A stretch of 64,000 nucleotides of DNA from NCBI GenBank assembly GCA_036172245.1, contig JAYWIR010000020.1, positions 248,001 through 312,000 on the forward strand, read 5' to 3'. The notes beneath the pieces are model-generated. The model did no database searches and was not told the origin of the DNA. It worked only from the letters and a program-made list of their open reading frames with translations. Source of the stretch: Raillietiella orientalis (lineage: Eukaryota). Positions 35,051 to 48,454 of this stretch are shown here, piece by piece. Made by a program: the position numbers and the translations under genes. How positions within the stretch are numbered: the first letter of the stretch is position 1; the number at the start of each line of letters is the position of its first letter.

Positions 35051-38000
35051 GATTTCCCAAGGAGGCTTGCAGGAAGAGGAATTGGGTGGGGGGGACACGG
35101 TGGGCGATGAGGAAAGGGAGGAAAAGGAGGAGAAATATAGGTCGTTCTCCTGCTTTTCATAGCAGACGCCTCCTCTTTCTCCCTGCCAGCTGGAGCCGAC
35201 CTCGGGTCTGCATTCAAAGCCAAGGTTCGCATCGGACCGTAGCCAAGCAACAGTAGTGGCAAAGTTGCCTTTCAAAGCGTGCGTCTGTCTCGTCTGCCGT
35301 CCCTCCACGCTTTGTACGTCGCCATGGCCATTCCCGGCCTACAAGTGAGGTCACTTAGCTTACAATCTCGCTTCATCTTTCCCTCCGTCTCCTCCGTCCA
35401 ACTCTCTTCTCGTAGCCATGTGGAAAGGAGCTACGACATAGTCATTCATGATGTGTGATCACGTGAGGCGTCGACAGATGAGTCAGATACGGTACTTCCA
35501 GAACTGATGGCTAACAAGCAAGTGAACCTCAAGGTGCAGAATGGAGGAGGGGAGGAATACGAAGGGAAATTGTTGATCCGGACGGAGTGCCCAGTCATCT
35601 GAAGATTCCGATGCCTCTAGGAACGGCAATGATCGTGGTGGCTCGAATAAAGAAGGCCGCGCATCAGCACCGAGATTTATGACCAAGACCGGTAAATATG
35701 TGTTGGGCTCACTCTGAGTCCTAAAAGGCTGACGGTGGTCTTTTGAGGATGGTCAGCCTGGAGCCCCGTCACGTGCTCACAGAAGAAGACTTCCACTCGT
35801 CTCTCTTCCTTTCCTTTTCCTTTCTGGAACGCAGGCATGGGAAGACGCAGCCTTCTTTGGAGTGAATGGGGTAGGGGAAATACATAGAGAACCCCCGTTT
35901 TTTTTTTTTTTTCTGTCATTGTACGAAGTTGTTTGGAAACCAGTTGACCTGAACAAGGGAAGAGAAGATCATGGCTGCTTCAGCAGCAGAGCAATCGATC
36001 TCGATCGGACTACTGGAAATGATCGGCTCTGATGTCGATTGCAAACACGCAACGAGTCGTATGACTGGCATCACGGGGTGCGAGAGAGGAGGAGGAGGAA
36101 GAGGAGGGAAGGACGTCTCGTCTCCCATCCTCCAGCCATCCGCAAACTCTGGGAAATGCATGTCGACTTCGTCATCTGTACGAGCTTTTAATTGCCTTGA
36201 GAGGAAGCAAACCTGGAGGACGGTTGCATGTCTTCGAGATGTTTAATCGATAGGAAGCCTAGGGAAAGTCACTCGAGGCAAAGCGGATGCATGTAGTTTT
36301 TGTGTGCTCTCATCCCAAATGATCAAATGCAGGCTTCCTGGAAGTGTAATAGCACCACTCTTTAGTTTCCTCTGAACCTGGTAATCATCCCTCTGCATCC
36401 ATGGAAAGGTATTTACATCCGAGTGTTGTGTTTCCTGATTGTTTCATGAAGTGAACATACGTGTTAAAGGCCATCACCTTGAGATAAGGATGCTTGTTCT
36501 CGTAATACTGACTTTTACCGATTCGATCCAATCTGAAGAATTTCCATCGATTCTCAATGCGTCTTTCTTTTCTTTTTTCTTCTTTTGCTTTTTGCGGTGA
36601 ACGAAATCTATGGACCACGCAGCTTTGAAAAAAAGAAAAAAGGAAACTGCGCTCTCCCGACGGGTGTTTCAGGCGTCTCTCGAACACGCACTTTCTGGCA
36701 GCAGAACGGTAAAGGATTGCTATTTGCTACCGGACAGCTTCCCTCTTTGCCGCAAGATGCGAAGAAGCGCAGCCTTCGCGATAGGGTCGTGGAATGGGGG
36801 AGGGGGACGTGATCATTCCTCAGGGCTCTTCCTTTCTTCACTAGCATGTCGCAAGTTTTTTTTCTTTTTGTTTTTTCTTTTCGTTCTCGTCTGAGATCCT
36901 CAGATAAGAAAGCAGCGCGGAGGCAAGAAGAGGTTTGCCTGGATGCTGCTGGGGCGAGTTTGCTAGCTCGGGGGCGCTCTGAGCTGCCGTTGTCCCCAAT
37001 GATTGGGTGGAGCCAGCGAGGGAGAATTCGCCATTTTGCGGGTATTGGCCTACGAAGCCTGTATGGCAACTCTTGAAGAAAAGAGGCGGAAACCAGCTTT
37101 CCAAGCCTGCAAGTGTATCCGTTGGCTAGATGGGCGCAGCGTTGCATTGGTCAGACTGGTAGTCGGGTCGTTCCCAGCAGCTTCTCGATCAAGGACTCTC
37201 TTCTGGCTCTTCCTCGCAGCTCGAGGAGAGTCACGAGTTCGTGGACTGGCCTGACAGCCCTCCAGGGCATTCTCGCGCTGCTGTCAATTGTCGCTGTTGG
37301 CTCCGCTGTTGCCCCTTCTCCTCCTTTCCTTCGAATGGTACTTGCTTACGTGGTCCGATTGGGTGCAGCCGTGAGGCCTGGTCCCTTTCCTCTTCTTGGC
37401 GCGCTCTGCGAGCGCGGTCCTATTGTCTGTCCTGCCCTTCCGGACGAATTCGTCCTTCCGATTCAGGAAAAGGGCTCTAGTCATCCGGTGGCCGGATTCT
37501 CCCGCTACTTCAGGAAAAACGTCCGTCGCCTAACTCAACAGAAAAAAGAAATGGGGAATGTCTCTAGCGTCCAAAGGGTTGGAGCCGGGGTAGGACGCGA
37601 GAATGACCGTCTTTTCTCAGAAGGTGAAGGAGTATCCCTAGTGAGGAATGGGGATTCGAACGGTACCGGCCATCCTTGCTGCACGAGGACTCGAGTGAGC
37701 TACAGATGGAGTTGCAAAGGTCGCGCTGGGATGCTCCGGTCTTAGGAACCCGGATGAGATGGGTACTGAACCACTCTTTTTCTTCCCTTTTGTCATGCTG
37801 ACCTCACTACGCGCGTGAAGACCTACTCTGTCCGAAGCTCCAGTTCGAAGGTCACTCCGGCGGGAGCGAGCCGATCCTTCCCGGAAAAAGCGGAATCCCA
37901 CCGCTCGGAAAGAAAGCTGATTAGTCATTCTGTCCACAGGCGTCGAGAAGGACTCCTCCTCACTTGGTCTTCTTTCCTCACACTGCTGGTCACGAAAGAC

Positions 38001-40115
38001 GAGAGTCCCCCACTTCCTTCTCCCTGTTTCTCCCGAGGGTGCCCCAAGCACCGATCGGCAGACACCGACCACGGTATCCGGTGGTCGGAGACCCTCCGAA
38101 TCTCTGTCCTCTCCCTCCCCTTCTCCCTTCCCTCCGAGTTGATCCCAGAAGAAACTTTCCGGCTAGCCCCCCCTCCCCTCCCCTTCCTTACCGTACCGCA
38201 AATCGATCGGGAGCGAGCGGTTCTCCTGCTACTTCCAGGGATCCGGCCGAGAGCACGGCCGGAAACGCACACGCGGCGCTGCTGCAACCTCCCCGACCTT
38301 GGGATTCCACCCCATGCCCCTTCTGCTCACTCCTCCATCGAGTGGACGGAGGTGCGCGAAGAGGAAGAATGAAGAGGAAGAATAGACAATCGGAAGAGGA
38401 GTGTTGAAGTTAAGGAGAGAAGGAAGGGGCTAAATTCCGAGAGGCCCAGTCACCTGGACCATTCCTTCTTCTTCCCCTCTTCCTTTCTTTCCAGGAAAAA
38501 AATTCTGGAAGAAAAGAGTGCGAGAGGGATGATGGACTTCATCGAATGCGCTCGAACGAACGACCCAGGCGGCCCTCCCTCTCTGCCGCGGCTCATTGGC
38601 AGAAGATGGATTCCGTCCGGGAGCAAGACCTTTAGAGGAGGACGAGGTTTCTTCTCCCTCTCTTCTTTTCTCTATGGATCCTCAGAGAAGGGGGAATATC
38701 TTTTGGGAGACGCAACCACGCGTCCCGGCCGCGGCGGCGGCAAGGTGCTCTTCATTCCTTCCACCTGACGGTGGGAGCCCCGCTCGGGCTTCTGAGATCT
38801 GCATGACCCTCATCTTGGCCTCTGATCTTCCCGCAAAGAAAGAGGGATAGGAAGAGGGGAACCTCACGTTCCTGCCTCCCGCGCGCAGCCTTCCTGAGAT
38901 GCTTGGACCTCACGTCACCGAGCACTCCCATCCATCCGTCCCCCTATCCCAGAAAGGCGGTAGTCCGGGATCGAACCCTCCGAAAGGATGGGCTCTCTGC
39001 TCTTGCCTTCGATGCTGCATCTCCTCGAAACGGGACGCAGCAGCTTCTGCAGCACTATCCGGTGGGGGAAGAGTCCTTCCTTCCGTGACCGCAGGCGATC
39101 GTCAGCCCTTCGAAAGAGAAACTTTTGACACCGAGAACTCCAGAGGTGGGGAGATGGCGCCTCTCTCGCAGTAGTCGGATGTTCCCCTAACATTACCCAG
39201 GAACGGATTCATCATCCCTGCTCATTCCTCAAAGCATCCTTTCCGCCGCTGCACGGGAGCACCTGGAACGAGGGTGCCGAGTCGTTCCAAGAGGCTAGAG
39301 GTCACTGTGGGACAAACAAGACTTACGGCATCGATTGGAACGGCTTCTCCTCCCTCCTCTACCGTGAGAGATGGGGGAGGAGGGACACGAACGACGGCGA
39401 CCCCGCACCGACGCGCGCTCAACAAGGAGGCAGATGTCGCTGCTGCAGTAAACGGTGCGCCAAACCTTGCTTGCAGCAGCGTCCTGTCCTTCCTACCTTG
39501 CCAATCTGACCTCTCCCCACTCTCTACTTAGAAAAAAGCAGAAGGTGGGAACAAATTCGAATGCCGCCAGCGAGATTCCAAGCGGAATACGTTCGCCGGC
39601 AACGTTCGGAGAACCTGCGTCCGGCGACCTCCGCTGCGGCTGAGGCTGCTTGCTTGCAAGGCGACCATGAGTGTTTGCACCCGTCCGCAGCATCATCGCA
39701 GTCCCTTCTTCGTTGTCCTGCAGCCGCATCCCGCTCCCAGACCAATGACGAACTCTTGGATTGCTCGAGAGCATCCTTCCCTGTCTCGCTTCGGTCCGTT
39801 GCGTAAGAGCCGGCACCTCGACCACCGCGTTCTTGTCGAGGAAAACGCAAAGGAGCAGGGAGAATTGCGCTTTCTCAGACAGAGGGAGTGAAACTCTGAC
39901 AATGGGAACCGACGGGCACCTCGGAAAAAAGGCGTCGACGGAAAGCGGGGGTGGACGAACCAGGAGATTTTGTAAGACGAACTCATGCTCTGAGAAAGAT
40001 GTCGTAAAGAAAAGTTTATGGGCCGACTACTTCCTGAATGCCTGCAGTCTGATCAGCTGACCTGAATTCAACCTCTTTTCAAAGGCGCGCGTGTCTTCTG
40101 CCTCTTAGGTACAAC

Positions 40116-40344
40116 GTGATTGGCCTGCTACCGTTCATAGGAAGCAGCGGCGGTTTCCATTCCGGGAGCGGGAAATCGACGATAGTGACGGCCTCTCCGA
40201 TATTCATCCGGCTCACCGTCCCCGAAGGGCTGGAAATCTTGCTGCAAGACCTTTCCCAACAGGTCCTGAAGGCCCAACCAGACGACATATACAGCTTCCT
40301 TGCAACTTATCTGGAGCGAAGAGTCAGGCTGAGAGATGGAAAAG
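40116..40344 (+). CDS. Exon encoding an RIIa-type dimerization/docking (R2D2) domain, Sp17/CABYR/ropporin-like; 5' boundary and start codon not identified
   Basis: RLTVPEGLEILLQDLSQQVLKAQPDDIYSFLATYLE matches the RIIa D/D pattern (IPxGLxxLLxxxxxEVLRxQPxDIxxFAAxYF). Followed by donor AAAG|gtaaat at 40344/40345 (phase 1). Confidence 0.8.
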
Positions 40345-42949
40345 GTAAATTGAAAAAAAAGAAAAAGAAACGCATTTTTAACGAGGTTCGTTTCGCATTC
40401 TCCACGATGATCAAAACAGGAAAAGAGAAAGCGTTCTAAAGACAGCTTTAACTCTGGGAACTCTTCCACGTCCTCCGTTATTCGATTGCAATTGTCCCTT
40501 CCCTGTGCATTTCGTCTGCTGCAAGCAGATCCACATGTTTCAGAGATTCTGTAGGACTGCTTTCAAGAATGTACATCCTTGAGAGTCCTTTTGGACCGTA
40601 TACTTCTTTTCTCGTCTGCTTCTTCCTTAGAATGGAACACTCCCTTCATGTATGCCTCCTTCACCTCTCTCGAAAAGCTGCAAGAGACCTCTGCCTAAAG
40701 CATTCCGGGGACTCCGCCGTTGGTGCGCTTCACACCTTGCTGAGAAGCTGGTGGCATCCCTCACATGCCCTTGTCGCTAATTTCGTTCTTTTTCCATCAA
40801 AGAGGGAGCTCAAGAGACAAAGGAAGCGCGGACGGTTCCTTCTCTGAGCTTCGAGCTTGAACATCCCAGGAAGAACCTTCATTAATTGGAATTCACTCCC
40901 TTAAGAAACTACTGCCCTTGAAATCCAAGTCTCTGACATCAGACGTAGACGTAGACTCTACAAAGAACCCACCCTGTCTGTCAGCACGACCACACTCGTC
41001 ACACCCGGTCAAGCTGAGGTCTGTGTCATTTCGGAGGATCTAGAATGCAACGTAGGCATTGTATGGCGAGCTGGATGTCAAAAGAAAACAAAATCTTGAG
41101 GATTCGATATACAGAAAAACCATGGAGCTATAATCGCCCCTTTCATTCGGAACACTCAATATCTTGTTGTCCGTGTCCTTTCTTTCCTGGTGCTCAGTTA
41201 CTGAAATTTTCGAGCTTTGTTCTTGAAATCGTCGAAGATGGTTTTCGTGGTTACAAAAGACATATCCTTTTTCCCTCAGTTTCCTGTTTGTGCCCTGATC
41301 AGATTCTTTTCCGGTCGCGAAAAAGAATTTTGCTCAGAGCGTCTGACTGTTCCAACTCTGCTTGTTTCTCGTCTGTATTTTCCACAAACAACCATTTTTG
41401 CAATGGCGACTGTTGGTCACCTTCTGATCCCGCGTTCACAACTTACACGCCTTGGCTCCCACAACCTCGTCGTTGACTACGCTAAACAGAGAGGACAAAT
41501 ACTAGAGGTACCAACCTTTCCTCCAAGAAAGAAAGAAAGATATGGAAGCTACCAAGAGGTCATCTGAAATCTCCAGAAATCTCACAAGATAATTGGAACC
41601 GAAAACACAAACCGGATGAATTGAGCAATGCAAAGGAGAAAGAAGGAAAGGAGTGAAGCTTAGAGATTAGATTCCCTTAAAGCATCGATTCTTATACAGT
41701 CTAAGATCTAAGACAATATTCTGGATAGGCGGCAATGGGAATTGGAACTTTCGTTAAAACTCGCGGTCCTGTCTAGCAGCCAGTATCAGTTCTTTCTTGT
41801 TCATCTCAGTATTGCAGTCTGCAGGTGTGTTTTTCATGTACCCAAACGTTCATGGATCTATTTGAAGAATCCAAACAGAAAGCAAGACTGAATTCAAAAT
41901 TTCCAGTTGATTCCCTCAAGTAATGCTGTAGGCTGTTGAGATTGCAGTAGCCCAAAAGTACCAGCTACAAATTAGTTCTTGACTGAAGAGTTTACCTTGT
42001 TACAAGATGATAAGATGAAACCAAACCGACAGTGATCGATTCGCTAGCTGCTTTGACCTCCGACTAGAAAACGACACTGACTTCTTGGTACAGACAATAC
42101 AGACACCACGATCTTTTCTAAGTACAATAAAAGCAATAGAAACTAGGAATCTCCGTAATGAATGATGTAATCTTCGTCCTGAAAACTTTGCGTTGGAACC
42201 TCAGTATATTGAGAGCATTTCTTCCAGGAGTTCTTTTTCTAGTGAGGCTTCTTTTTTTTGGAGGGGGGGGGGGGACTCTCGAATTCTCCTTTTTTGAGGT
42301 GTGCTCTTGTCCATAAGCATGGGGAAGGAAATCTGACAGATTTCCAGAAGAAATGTACACCCACCAACTCGCCATAATCTTGTAAAGACATTTGGCAACA
42401 AGAAATCCTTAGGGTTTCTACCGGAACACAATCGGTCCTATGATTAGATTTCTGGGCTTCGAGCTAGGCGCTTGTAGCAGTTGGACAATGGGCAGCAGAG
42501 AAAAATACCTGGCACACCCAACTAGTTCTGTCTAATTTCATTCCTTTAATGTATTATTAGCTGAATAAGATTACTATCACTTTAGTATCAGAGAAACCAC
42601 GAGAAACCATCTAATAATGTCTTCTTCATCAGAATTTCTCTGACTTTCTCTTATTGTTTGTTTCCATTTCCTCATTAGAAAACATTCAGAATACAAGTAA
42701 AAGATGATATTTCGTCTCTACTCAAAGTCGTTTTTTTTTTTTCGTGTATGTGTGTGTGCGTGCATGTTTTGTTTTTGCTTGCATGTTTTTGATTTTCCAG
42801 TCCAGTGTTTGAAATTGTCGAAAATGAATGCCGCTTCAAGGTAACAGATTTTGAAATCCATTGAGAATTTACAGATTCGAATCCGAAGCTAAGATAAAGA
42901 ATCACTCGTTTCTGTAGAAGCTTCTCGTTGTCTCGAGGAACTAACGAGA

Positions 42950-43400
42950 TTCTTCGAACTTTGCGCCTTTTGTTTCCGATGTGCCTCTCGTATCGAAAGA
43001 GCATGGTAACTTCGAAAGTACTGGTAGCATGGTAACAGCTCTCGAAAACTTAGTTGCATTCATGAGACTCGCTCCTGTGCTCGAGAAACATATTAGCTGA
43101 GAGCTACCGATCAACTTTTCGTAACGGAGACTCTCCGACATATCTGATTAGAACAAATACTCAAATTGAGAGATCCCAGCAGTAACAAACTCCAGTTTGA
43201 TGCCCACTGTTTATTTTCACTTTCAAACTTCCTTCGCAATAAATATACGTGTTTGCTCTTTTTGCCACAAAATTCCCATCCTCTTCGCGCAGCTTCCTGA
43301 TCACGGTGTTGAAAACCGACTGCCCCCTTCCTTGACCCTTGATTTTTTGAATTCTCCTTGAATAAGTATGCAAGTGAGATTTGGACTGAGAGACCTAAGA
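42950..43400 (-). mobile_element. Possible decayed RT fragment within the proposed intron
   Basis: KIKGQGRGQSVFNTVIRKL...YIYCEG loosely resembles GVKQG..SPLLFN.VI..L...YADD; FRY near 42995 ~ FKYLG. Weak. Confidence 0.25.
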
Positions 43401-43516
43401 ACACATACGAACAGCCGTTGTCACGATGTTACAGTTGACAGAGTCACCATGTAACGGTGATAATCATCCCAAATCGTAACTGTTGTTTAACAATTATCTG
43501 TGTGTGTGAATTTCAG

Positions 43517-46161
43517 GTCGTCGATTTATTTCCAAGGAGAACAAATTTCAAGAGACGGCTGCGAGGGCATTTGCTAACGAAACGAATTTATTTCCCGAAA
43601 ACAGCACTGTTAATGATAACGGAACACGTGAGAGTTATGCCGACGGGATCGCACGAAATAAAATTGTTTTCCCTGCATTCAGTGAAAAAAACAGATTACC
43701 TTCCATGTCAAAGCACAAAACTCATCGCAAAGCAGCACACACGAAAGTGGAGCAGAAATTTGCGAATCTACCGACCATAAGAAGTCGTTCCGTCAGGCCA
43801 TTCTCCTTGATGAAATTCGCTTCACCTAAGCAACTTTCGGATGGAACCTGTCGCGATTTCCAACGCGAAGAGGAGCCCCCTCCAAAAATACAATTCTCCA
43901 TGGATCATAGTTATATTTGTAACATCAGCGAAGTTTTTCTAAACATGGAAAATTCTCCTGGATCGACTTCTTGCATTCAAGACTCTAAGAATGAGACGTT
44001 AAAAGAAGAGCATCAGAATCCAGGGAATGCATCCGTTCAAGCTAATCTGGACCCGCCGAAGACTGACTGTTCCAGGAAACTTCACAAAAAGAAAAGGCAG
44101 GCAAAGAAAAACACTATAGACCATAACATTCCTCTCCTGAAGATAAAACACAGCAATAGGTCATATATTCCAGATGCTGATGTAGTTTTTACGAACCAGA
44201 GTAAAGTCACTTTACAAAACGGACTACTACATCCTGCATCAAAATATCCCGCGAATCAAAATGTTGAAGTTTTCGAAATCTGCAATCCCACAAAGGGGAG
44301 AATCGTCAGAGCCAAGGAAGAAGCCAATTTGATTGACGAGCCTTGCGAATCGATAAAGAACACTCTCAAAATATCTTTATCGGATCAAGGTCTTCGTCAG
44401 AATCGAGAATCGAGAACCGAGACAAGAGAAAAAGCAAAGTTCGAAGAAGAACTACTTTTCGAAAACGTGGAGATCCTGAGCAGAAATTCAGAACCTGAAC
44501 AGAACTTCGGCAAAACGGAGCACACAAGAGCATTGGAGGAAATCAAAGATACTGGCTATTCGCCCAGAGTGGTGAAAAATGCCAAAAGCGAAAAAAAGAC
44601 TCATTGCTCGAATTACGCGACCCCGGCAAGCCAGTCTGTACTGAACATCACGCGAAAGAACACCGGCTTCTCCGAATCTTATTTAACCATGGACATCATT
44701 GAAAGAGGTCGTTCCGAATCACCGGACCATAGAAAACACCGTGTGTGCAAGTCACACTATTGTTTTTCACAAGGGACAAATGAGGAGAAGTCACCGTCAC
44801 TCACGCCGACAACCAAAAGCAAAAAGGTAGCCAAAAGTAATGGATACACACGCAGCGTAATTGTGGAAATAGCTCACACGAACACGCTGACGGCGATAGA
44901 AGAATTGCATGAAAACGGAGACGCATCTGAAACGAGACTGGAAAATAGAAAACTCGAACTGAAATGTAAAACCAACATAGATAACATAGCAGCATGTAAC
45001 ACTTTGGACGGCGGTGCAGCTCAAATCTCGAAATCTGACTCTTGTTCGCCTGCTCACTCTGCAAGTTCAGACACCGATTCCGGGAACAAAACGGAAGACA
45101 CAGAATCTCCCAAACGAATAGTCAGCGGGGAAGAGACACACAATATGGAAAGCGTTCCTTCTCATTCGAGTTTGTCAAAGACTCTTGATTGCGAAGACCC
45201 TTGCGCTTTGCCATATCCTTCGGCTGTAAAACTACAAGAGTTGATCGAAAGGAAAGGAGATTCGTCTCCACATCTATCGAAATCGAATGATCACCAAATG
45301 GACGCGTCTCCTCCAGGAAAACAGCGCATTTCCGATGGTATAAAGATCAACAAAGGCCGATTAATCGAAGATCTCCATGTAGATGAAATTTATCTTGAGA
45401 ACCTGGTTACCAATCTGCGAGACACACTGAACACAGGAACGAAAGCCATTTCAAATGCTCAAGCTGTGGAAGGAAGAAATGATGAGCAGACACACGTCAA
45501 TGATCTGCTCGATGCTTTGACTGGAATTCTTGACAAAAACATGCAGAATAAGCTAACTCATTGCGTCATACCAAAGGAATGTTGTAAATTCGAAATCGCC
45601 TCTTTTTCGAAGAAACTTCTAAGTGACGAGTGCCAGAAAACAGCCAGACTTGCAATCCAGGAAGCCCTTTACTCGCCCTCCATACTTCACGAAAAAGGAG
45701 ATTCTAATGCATTTTTTTCCGAGCTGAGCGAATTTGTAAACAGATTTTTGGAAGAAAAGAAAAAAGAATACATGGAGATCGGAGTGCAGACAAACAAGCA
45801 TTTGAAAGCAAATACATTTCGTGATAAGAAAAAAATAAAGGCTTTTCCATTTTTCCTTTCTTCGAGAGCCGACGGACGAAATCGATCACGGCTTTATTAC
45901 GGTGTCCGAAAAAAAATGGGAAAGCGAGCCAAATTCCCGTTTTTTCCTTTTGCCAGTTGTCAGTCGAATAGAAAAAACTTCAGGCCAATTTTCCAGTCAA
46001 AATATACGGAGCAAGGACCGATGTCAAAACACAAAAGATCAGGAAAGAGAGGACGGAGATTGGAAGAATTCGCGAAGCGCCCTCATAGTTGTTTCGCAGA
46101 CTTTAACTATTTGTTTTCACATTTTCATGAAACTCGGCTGATTGATTCCATTTGCTCGTAA
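43517..46161 (+). CDS. Large exon (~880 codons) of S/K/E/N-rich, mostly disordered protein with a helical segment and basic C-terminus; probably spliced to the RIIa exon
   Basis: The 818-aa ORF (43705-46161) stays open upstream to a tttcag acceptor ending at 43516. Entry is phase 1, matching the 40344 donor and giving ...RLRDGK-G-RRFISKENKFQET... No domain recognised. Confidence 0.75.
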
Positions 46162-47063
46162 ATCAATGGTTGAGAAAACAATAAAACTAAATGCACATAT
46201 TCTCCTGTGAACAACTGCTAAATGTCTTATCGTGAGACTGCCCACGTAGGGCAGAAATCTGTCAGCGTGAACACAGTATCAGACTCTGGCAAGCAGTGCC
46301 CAATGACGCAATGATCAATGAGTGGTGAAATTAATGAATAAAATTATACTCTCCCGAACCAGTGAAAAAAACGAAAATTTATCATGGCGGCGAAAACAGC
46401 ACCTATCGAATAATGTAGACAGTCTAATGAATCAGCTTTCGCAAAAGAAGATTATGGACCACTAATTAACATCGCTCCCGCGCGATCGTCCGCAGACATC
46501 TGTTGGCTAAGGAAACGGAATACTGGACTACACACACACGGACGCAACCTGCATTCTAATCGGCCTTAAATTTCCCGGAGAATGAAGATCAACAAAATTT
46601 TTCGGCTTCCGTTGTTGTTTTTTGCTTGATGCAGTGAACAAAGCCCATACTTTGTTCACATAGGTGTACATTTCTGAGGAACGGTGTGTATGTAACAGAA
46701 CACGGGATTGAAACGCCAAACCGAATCACAGTAACACAAAAACGATAAAATCTAAGTTAATGTGAAATATTCTGATTCAGTCCACGCTTCGGGGCCAGAA
46801 AAATGTATGCAACTGTTTTAAGGTGATTTCCCAAAAAACATTTTAGCACTTGATACCTGCAAAACTCAAGAGGCAATCTCCTTAGGTTGGGAAATAGAAT
46901 TCTTGCAGAATCAAAGCAGCCCGAATTTTTATTTTTCATTATATTGGAATATCTGGAAGCTTCATAAACCCATGAAACCACCTCAGGACATACATGTGAC
47001 ATACATATAGGCAATAAGACTGATAAGATTTTATTCTTTTTTCTTGTATAAAAAAAAAAAGCA

Positions 47064-48155
47064 TCACTCTTCAGGTATCAACGCAAACATCCTCACTTCG
47101 AAAAGATCCTTCGGAAACTTGGTCTGCACATCCTCTAATTGGATGTGAAGATTAGCTTGTTTTATCAGTTTGCGAAAATGAGAAACTGGGCGTGTAACAC
47201 ACCCATCTGATGAATCTACTACCAGTGCATGATCAGCAGCTACATTTTCCTTAATAATGATGGCTCCCGGATTTTTCAAGGCCATTCTAAAAAATAATTA
47301 AAACTACAACTATAAAGAAGAACCTAAATCTTACCTTAATCTCTTGAGTAGATCAACAAAATCATCATCCATCACATAACCCAACACCCACTGACACCAA
47401 ATGATGTCATAATATTCCTTCTCTGGAAAGAAATCTTGGAGACCTAAAGCATACAACAGTTAGGGCAATCAACCATATAAATATCGTAACCTACTTTTGC
47501 AAATACGTCTGCCAACATTAGGTAAACCACTGAGATAGCGTTTGGATTGTTCCAGAAAGACTTGGTTTTGTTCAACCAAATCTACACACGAAAAGTACCG
47601 CAGTAAAAACTTTTTTGTAATGCGTCCAATGCCAGCACCACAATCACAAGCCACTTTATGATCTATACCGGGATTAATCTTAAAAAAGACTAATAATTAA
47701 TAATTAATTATTTACTAATAATTATATTAACTAGAATATGATCCCCATAAACGTTAATTTGAATGTTTCACCATTTACAATTTATACTATGCACAAAGAA
47801 ACAATCATACAAATTAAAGTCAATTGCAGACAGTATTTGCATTCACAAACAACTTATAATACTCTGCACCTGGTGAAGTTCCATAATCTACCATGTATTT
47901 CCTGATTCTCATTCATAATTTTGAAATGCACTTGCCACCACTTTTAGAATTTTCTTAAAAACACATGATAAAGAATAAATCTACCTTGAATAAGGACTTC
48001 AGGAATGCTTCTGAGCCACGGATATCAATATCAGAAATATGGCCAAAACCACCCAGCATGCCATTTACTGTGGCTGGAATTTTATTCCAGTAAGAAGTGG
48101 ATGTCTGGTACATTTCTGTAGCATTTAATTCAGATACTTGCATTTCACTCGTCAT
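47064..48155 (-). CDS. NTMT1: Alpha-N-terminal protein methyltransferase (X-P-K motif), 4 exons
   Basis: MTSE...YWNKIPATVNGMLGGFGHISDIDI; ACDCGAGIGRITKKFLL..VDLVE (SAM motif I); SLQDFFPEKEYYDIIWCQWVLGY; IIKENV..VDSSDGCVTR. Exon 1 is 48155-47985, exon 2 starts at 47678; all GT-AG introns are in phase. Confidence 0.95.
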
Positions 48156-48454
48156 TCTTTGATAACCATTCTGCCAAACTGGATTTGCTAAAATCAAGAT
48201 GCTGCTGTTAACTCTAAATGACCCAAAACACACTGCATTGGGCAACTAATTATGAACATAATATCAATCAGCTACATATTGAGCAAAATCAATCATTATC
48301 ATCTGCTGATATCATTTATTTATTCCACACCAGAGTCAAGTGTAAATTTTGAATACATGTTGTAAAAAGAAATAATGAATGCATTAAGTGTTATGGCTTT
48401 GGCCATAAATTTTGTTCAAACTCCTTTAAAACCTCCAGTCTTCTTTGCTGATGC

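Noticed and set aside
37645..38980. B-box-like GTTCGA motifs on the minus strand (~37655, ~38970)
   Set aside because: No cloverleaf or properly spaced A-box.
36500..40050. Overlapping ORFs and a candidate upstream exon for the RIIa gene (ATG 39902, donor ~39972)
   Set aside because: No recognisable products; the candidate exon's phase creates stops at both nearby acceptors.
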